A stretch of 54,422 nucleotides of DNA, filler included, from Catajapyx aquilonaris (Eukaryota): assembly GCA_000934665.2 (NCBI GenBank). It is 2 parts of 2 records of this genome, joined end to end, with 100 filler letters (N's around TTAATTAATTAA, not from the genome) between each part and the next. Parts side by side here need not be neighbours in the genome. Positions count along the whole stretch, not along the records: positions 27,263 to 54,422 come from JYFJ02005099.1; 1 more part is not named here. One strand, given 5' to 3'. This document shows, one piece after another, positions 48,646 through 54,422 of the stretch. The notes below the pieces were generated by a model. That model saw nothing but the letters and a program-made list of their open reading frames with translations, was not told where the DNA came from and did no database searches. The position numbers and the translations under genes were made by a program. The stretch's first letter is position 1; each line of letters opens with the position of its first letter.

Positions 48646-49467
48646 CCCTTAACTTGCAACGTGGGGTCCTTATCGGACCCCAGGGTATGCTTCTGTCACC
48701 ACCCTGGAGCATGTTTTTGTCAAAATGAAAATTCCCACACCTATATTCCTGAAATATACTCTTTGACACCTGAAAAAAAATTACGAGCGACGAAAAAAAT
48801 TTCTAAAGGGGGTTAACGTTATTTAAACGTTCACAAGTCGTCTTGGGGTCCAAAAAGGACCCCATGTTGCAAGTTAGCGACCAGTTTTTTCTGACCCTAA
48901 GTAGACACGGCAAATTCATGATGTAGCAAGCATAAAAAATCGCACAGGTGTAAAAAAAAAGTATCCATGTATAGTGTTGTACATGCAGTGAAACCTGTCC
49001 ATAACGGACCCTGAGTATAACGGAAACTTGTCCATTGCGGAATTTTTCCTGGGAACGGGCTTATCCACAGTACATGAATTCCGTGTCAAATGTAAAGGAA
49101 ACCTGTCCATTACGGAACATGTTATGGTTCCGTGCAATTTCGCTATACACAGGTTTCACACCAACGGGAAGTCAAATGTTAGTCAACCAGATCCAGTTTC
49201 AGTTCTGCCACATGATAAGGAGACTGCCATTACAGCTGCTGGGTCACTAACGTGGGATATGGGTAAACAGTAAACAGCACCTCATGAGTCAACCAAGGGT
49301 CAGAGGAGGTCAATTTAAAAAAAAAAATCTGTCACTTATAGTCCCAGCCGAATTTAGGAAGCATTTATATTTTGATGGTTTTGTTAATGTAAGAAAATGT
49401 AGAAAAAATGACGTGGGGTCCTCACGTTGCAAGTTAAGCATGGCTAAATGAGGTTGCAAGTTAAGGG
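48646..49467. mobile_element. piggyBac-like MITE with a nested Tigger-like MITE (48986-49159)
   Basis: TTAA|cccttaacttgcaac...gttgcaagttaaggg|TTAg with internal ggggtcc/ggacccc repeats; nested cagtgaaacctgtcc...acaggtttcac. Confidence 0.7.
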
Positions 49468-49477
49468 TTAGAGACGG

Positions 49478-49545
49478 TTCACGAAAAGATTATCCTATAA
49501 GAGGCCCAAGGAGGCCTATCACGGGGTGTCTATTATAATAATGAT
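49478..49545 (+). mobile_element. Isolated SINE/LINE 3' tail (V-SINE type)
   Basis: aaaagattatcctataagaggcccaaggaggcctatcacggggtgtc followed by an AT-rich tail matches 41033-41080. Confidence 0.7.
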
Positions 49546-50170
49546 ATGGTTTGTCTAATGATTGTCTCAGGATTGTAGATTATTGACAACCTGGCCACAT
49601 TTAGCCTACATGATGGTCATTTTCTTCTCTAGACAATGTCAGCATATCTTTGCATTTCAATAAGCAATGAAAAAAGTGTCCTTTATATGGTGCCTTGGGG
49701 TCCTTCATTGGGAATTACTCTTCTGTAATAGTCTTCAACCAGTGTTCCATGTGGAAATATTTACTGCAATGGCTGAATTTATTAGTCCTATAGAGCAAGG
49801 GACCATACGTCAGTCTTGTGGTTTTAAAAACGGCAATTTTTTTGTAGGGTTTCTGCCAGTTTTGCTGAGAAATAAAAGGGTTTTTGTGATAAGAGTATGG
49901 GGGAAGACTTATACTCTACTGTACTGCCATTTTCAATATATTACAGCATGAAACTTCTTTTTACACATCGCATATTTAAAATTGATTAGGATCGCTGACA
50001 TTTTCTCTTCTTATGCTTTGAGCAGAAGAAAATTATGCAACTACTTTTGTATCTAGCTGAACAACATATTAAAGTCATAATAGCAGGTCTCAAATGCCAT
50101 ATTGGAAAATGTGGGAAAATATATTTCTGTTATAATATTTTTTTCTGATCCCTCTGCATGAATCTTGCAG

Positions 50171-50406
50171 GAAAGCAAGTCAGAACTGAAACAAGCAATT
50201 GGATGTCTCTCTCAACTAAGAAATGAAATCCAAACAAACAAACTGCTGACACCAGTCACTTCCAAGTTGAAAGATGGCCTAGCATGGAATGTTGCTCTTG
50301 ATGAGGAGGAGAAAAAAGAAGGCCGGAAGTTGACTTGGTTTGATGCACGTTGGCTCTTTATAGAGAACTATATGTACAGAAGAGTCTGGGAAGCATTTCA
50401 GGAAAG
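50171..50406 (+). CDS. ARMT1: ARMT1 exon 3
   Basis: cttgcag|ESKSELKQAIGCLSQLRNEIQTNK...TWFDARWLFIENYMYRRV...|gtgagg; ARMT1 motifs LRNE.QT.K and W..A.WL..E.YMYRR. Confidence 0.95.
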
Positions 50407-50462
50407 GTGAGGTATGGTGGAAAGCCACTGTTACAGTACTACTTCACTTACCTCCTCTTCAG

Positions 50463-50794
50463 CAGTCATTTGCAGAGTTACGACTACTTTGGTCCCGCGA
50501 AGAGAGAAGGCTATGTGAGTGGAACATACATGATGCCCATGATTGCAGAACTCAGCCACCTCAACAGAGCTGAAATAGCCTCAACTGAAAGACGGAAAGT
50601 TTTTAGCCACCTGCTAGAGACAAGCTTATGGAGCAACAGTTATGATTTGTCATTTACTGGTGGGGACATCTCTGAAGCTGCCCAAAATCTTGAGAAGCAG
50701 ATGAAGAGCAACCATGATAAAATTCTTGCGAATGACTGGGAGAAGGCATGGAACATCCTCAACACCACTACCTCCAATTCTGATGCTTCTCTGG
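50463..50794 (+). CDS. ARMT1: ARMT1 exon 4
   Basis: 56-nt intron with a cagcag acceptor; YDYF..K and SLWSNSYDLS (cf. LWGN..DLS); donor G|gtaagt. Confidence 0.93.
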
Positions 50795-50853
50795 GTAAGT
50801 GGAAAAACATGCCTTCCAAACCATTAGGTATATACTAATTGTTCCGTTTGCAG

Positions 50854-51437
50854 GCATAGTACTTGACAATGCAGGCATTGAAATCTTCACCGACTTCTGC
50901 TTGGCTGATTTGCTTTTTACTACTGGCAGAGTTTCATCAGTGGTCTTCTATGTAAAATCTATGCCATGGTATGTGTCAGATGTGACAGATGAGGATATTA
51001 GTTGGACCATACACCATTTGAAGGCAGAAACCAATCCATTGCTAAAGAGTCTGGGCAGTAAATGGGATAAATATATGTGTGATGGCAAATGGTCAGTAAC
51101 AGTGGACCCATTCTGGACACTACCTTACGATTTCTCAGAAATGAAGGTGAAGGACAGAAGTCTTTATCAGAAGCTTGAGAACCACAAACTTGTTGTCTTC
51201 AAAGGGGACCTGAATTATCGTAAACTTATGGGAGATATCAGGTGGTCTACCCATGACAAATTTGGTGATGCCTTGCGTAACTTCTGTCCAACTAACTTGT
51301 TGGCAATCCGAACCATGAAGGCTGAAGTGGTGGTGGGCATCCCTGACATCCGTGCACAGCAACTGGATAGGGTAGATCCTGAATGGATGGTGTCAGGAAA
51401 ATATGGAGTCATCCAGGTGTATGAGAAGACACTGTGA
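50854..51437 (+). CDS. ARMT1: ARMT1 exon 5 (catalytic motifs, stop codon)
   Basis: 59-nt intron with a tactaat branch point; IVLDNAG, PWYVSD, FKGDLNYRKL and RTMKAEVVVG are the DUF89/ARMT1 metal- and phosphate-binding motifs. Confidence 0.97.
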
Positions 51438-51528
51438 ATATGAGGGACCCAACTTAACTTTTTGGCTAGTCAAGCCAACATGTTATACCTGGAATTTTCC
51501 AGGGGTTTTCCCAAGGTTTTCGAGCAAA

Positions 51529-51534
51529 AATAAA
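51529..51534 (+). promoter_or_regulatory. Candidate polyadenylation signal for ARMT1
   Basis: AATAAA ~90 nt after the stop, followed by GT/T-rich sequence. Confidence 0.55.
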
Positions 51535-52865
51535 TCCATGGTCCAGTGTGCAAAGTCTCTATTGCTTTTATTTAATGCCTGTCAAATTACCTAGTAGGAT
51601 AGGCAAGTAGCATTAGAAACGGAAAGGCTATCGTTTATCCGCACCTAGCGATGCGGCGGGGTTGGGAAGACGTGGTGGGCTCCAAACATGTTGGCTACGG
51701 GTTGCAAACAATCGGTTGCCGGGAGAGCACAACAAGGGCGTCTTGTTACCCCTGCCACGCGAACCGATCACACAAGTGCTAGGACCACAGTATTAATGAA
51801 GGAGGTGGGCAATATGAAAGCCATGATGGTTGCTGCAGTCCGTTAACCCAAAGAACGACACTTCATCAAGCAACCGTGAAGGCATTCGAATTTGGCTGGC
51901 AGCAGTATCAAGGCACCCGATTGTTTGCGACGCAACATTGCCAACCGTCAGGAGGCCCCCCGCCCGCCCAACTCCGACAATAGTTTATCCCATTTTCAAC
52001 TGGCTGACTGGATGAAGAAAGGATTTAAGGGCAAGAGGCTCAATGCCTGGTGCCAATTGATTGAGCGTGAGGGTTAGATCTGGGGCTAGTGCCAGTCTCC
52101 CATGTGCAGCCTCCTTAACATGAAATGTAGCATATTGCCATTAGTAGTGGCTTACCAGTGAAAAGAGATTGACCAGAGACCTGTTAGACCCCAGGGGAAC
52201 TGGCTTCAATGTGTCGGGTGGGGCAATTTTAAATTATTCTAAATCTTGTAAATTATTACAGGCAATTTAATTGTAACTGCTAATGAATTTTATAGAAATT
52301 AATTCCTAGAAGAGCTTCTCAGTTATTTGTTGTGTGATTATTACCTTGCAATATATTGCATGACCAATCTGATGTGAACATGTGTTTAGCATGGTATTCC
52401 ATGGCCTTATTATTGGGGAATCAGAAAAGAAGTATTCTCTCGGTGCCTATATGTTTCTGCATTTGACTTTTTTGATGGTTTTCTCTTTTCATGTTTTTCT
52501 TATTTGAACTGCTAAGTCCAAGTAGTGACCAACAGAACTCACAAGGAAAGGTCATGCATTTTACATGGAGTTGATGAATGAAACTTGGCACAATAATACC
52601 CATGCATTTTGGTTATTAACTTACCTGCCTGTAAGTTAATAACCAAAATGCAAACCATTCCAGCCCATCACTACAAGGTCAAAAGTTATGACCTCTCGAT
52701 GGCAGCCCGGAGATCTTACCTAAGCGGGAAGGGAAAAGCATTGGCAGATAAAAAGAAGCATAACAAATTAGCACTTATGCATGTTTTAAATTATATGTTC
52801 AAAACAAAACACATTTCATGGGGTGAGAATTACAAGGTTGTAACTACATAGGATTTTCATTGCAG

Positions 52866-53125
52866 TTACAACCTTTTAATTCTCACCCTGCTATTTGTAC
52901 AAAGAGCACATCTCATATACGATAAGTTCCTGCATTCCAGGCATGTATCATTTGGATTACTACTCGAGTCGAAGCAGAATTCGGAAGGCATTTGGAATGC
53001 ATCAGGCCTGCTCTCTTCCAAATAGTCAGCTTTGTAAAATGCGTACTTAACCCCATCACTACCAGCCACCTAGAATCTTGGCGATAAGAACTTGACCGCC
53101 AAGTACCATGCATGCTCTGCAGATA
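52866..53125 (-). pseudogene. Relic C-terminus of a Tc5-like DDE transposase
   Basis: Frameshifted LQSM..LSPRF*..KYAFYKADYLEESRPDAFQMPSEFCF...CLEC...YMRCALC resembles the recalled HNQFSSPRF..KYAW.K.GY..F..P..FCF..CxxC..RCxxC tail of Tc5-like transposases. Confidence 0.55.
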
Positions 53126-54129
53126 CAGACAAGATATTTTACAAATAATAACACCTATACTTACCCGTTCATGTAAAATACTATGAATGTGTTTGGAACA
53201 ATTTACCATATAAAAAAATAATAATATATAGATTTTATATGGTACCACAGGGTTCATATTTGGAAATAGAAACATGTGCAGCAAGGGTAGAAGGGCCTAT
53301 CAAGACAGGGCATATTAAGACATTTTCGCCCTTTTATGATGTCCTGTACAGGCGCGTAGGCAGAAGAATTTCGGAGGGGGGCACATTTCGTAAGCACAAG
53401 GTGAACAAGCCATAAAGGGCGGGAACGAGCCTGGCGCAGGTGGTTTTTTTTTGGGGGGGGGNGTCACACGAGCTTAGGTGAATGTGGGAGATTGAATGGG
53501 TGTGTATTTGATGAAATTGGTAGTCACACTTTTCCCCCCAAAAATCATGAATTAGTAATTTATAATGCTATTTCAAACTGTCTGTATATTGTCGCGGTCC
53601 GGATCCGTACCGCGGTCCACCAGTTGAATAGCCCTGCATTAGAATATCTAATACATATTTCAAGACCTATATCTGTCTGGATGTCTGTGACCTATGCAAA
53701 TCCATACGGAGGCCTCCACATATGCCCCAGGGGTATCACCAGGGGTAGTTTTTTACCGGGAAGGTTCGTAGCGCATTGGAATTTACCTCCGAGGTCATCC
53801 TTGGCCACAGGAGGCGAAAAGAACTTTGGATGTTGGCCCCCTGTGTTCTAATAATGCTGTTGAGTTGCCCTGGAAACCATTTCCTTCCCTCCTCTCCCTC
53901 CCTCCCTCCTCTCCCTCCCATCNCTCCTCCAGCACATCAGTGTCATTACATTTCTACGTGGTGGCTGTACTTTGCCAGTGTCTTTGCACTCGCATTGGTT
54001 GCATACTTTATTGTTCCAATTTAGAATTTATTACACACTGTTGCCTTGGTTACGAGACTACTGGTGTGATTGGGTGATGATCACGTTTTGTTCATAACAT
54101 TCAAAGAGTTCCATATCTTGCTATCCTAT

Positions 54130-54421
54130 GGTATCTCATTCCATGTTTATCCTAGACACGGTGGCACGGTCCAGCTACGGCCTCGGGGCAGGCCCAGGGT
54201 TCGAGCTGGTGGTATACAAATGCGCTGTTTGTAAGAATAGCGGTTTTGGGTTGTTATTTGTTCAGGCAGCCTGTCGGAATTTTCTTGGCGTACTTTTTCT
54301 GCCATACCTTTTCCTCTACGTATATTGTGTCGTGCTTTTTGTCTTCATTCTCCTGTTCCGAACTCTTACGTTCTGTGTCGTGTAGTTTTCAATCGTTTTG
54401 CTTTTATTTGTTTTTTCCCTC
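54130..54421 (-). pseudogene. Possible degraded LINE ORF2 C-terminal fragment
   Basis: Minus-strand pieces PTGCLNK and LPRG/PEA echo the R.GCL.TK...LPEALG tail of arthropod RTE-X-like LINEs; heavily frameshifted. Confidence 0.3.
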
Positions 54422-54422
54422 T

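Noticed and set aside
51820..51883. SECIS element or C/D snoRNA 3' of the ARMT1 TGA
   Set aside because: There is no apical AA at the SECIS distance, the quartet is out of register, boxes C and D are both degenerate, and ARMT1 homology ends at this stop.

Overview
Eukaryotic, most likely arthropod, genomic DNA. This is inferred from 54-59 nt GT-AG introns alongside kb-long TE-filled introns, and from Lm1-like, V-domain and Meta-domain SINEs. Two spliced genes lie head-to-head. (i) The 5' part of a PSME4/PA200 proteasome activator gene is on the minus strand: complement(join(27667..27711,29505..29621,37959..38099,38154..38371)), about 173 aa. No further exons are visible to the left of an artificial N44-TTAATTAATTAA-N44 contig linker at 27163-27262. 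(ii) An apparently complete ARMT1/DUF89 damage-control phosphatase gene is on the plus strand: join(43728..43822,46866..46971,50171..50406,50463..50794,50854..51437), 450 aa. Most other interpretable sequence is transposon-derived: fold-back MITEs (Tc1/mariner, pogo/Tigger, Tc4/Tc5-type CTNAG-targeting, PIF/Harbinger, hAT, Sola2-like, piggyBac-like), often nested, four tRNA-headed SINE families with TSDs, and LINE/transposase relics. Most notable oddities: a mariner 5'-end inverted duplication (about 340-bp hairpin) inside a PSME4 intron; a covarying 3' stem-loop shared by three unrelated SINE families; a tRNA-like Pol III cassette inside a Tc5-type MITE; and a G.U-biased ~320-nt rod-like structure just 3' of ARMT1. 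Gene and family assignments rest on recalled motifs; no database search was run.
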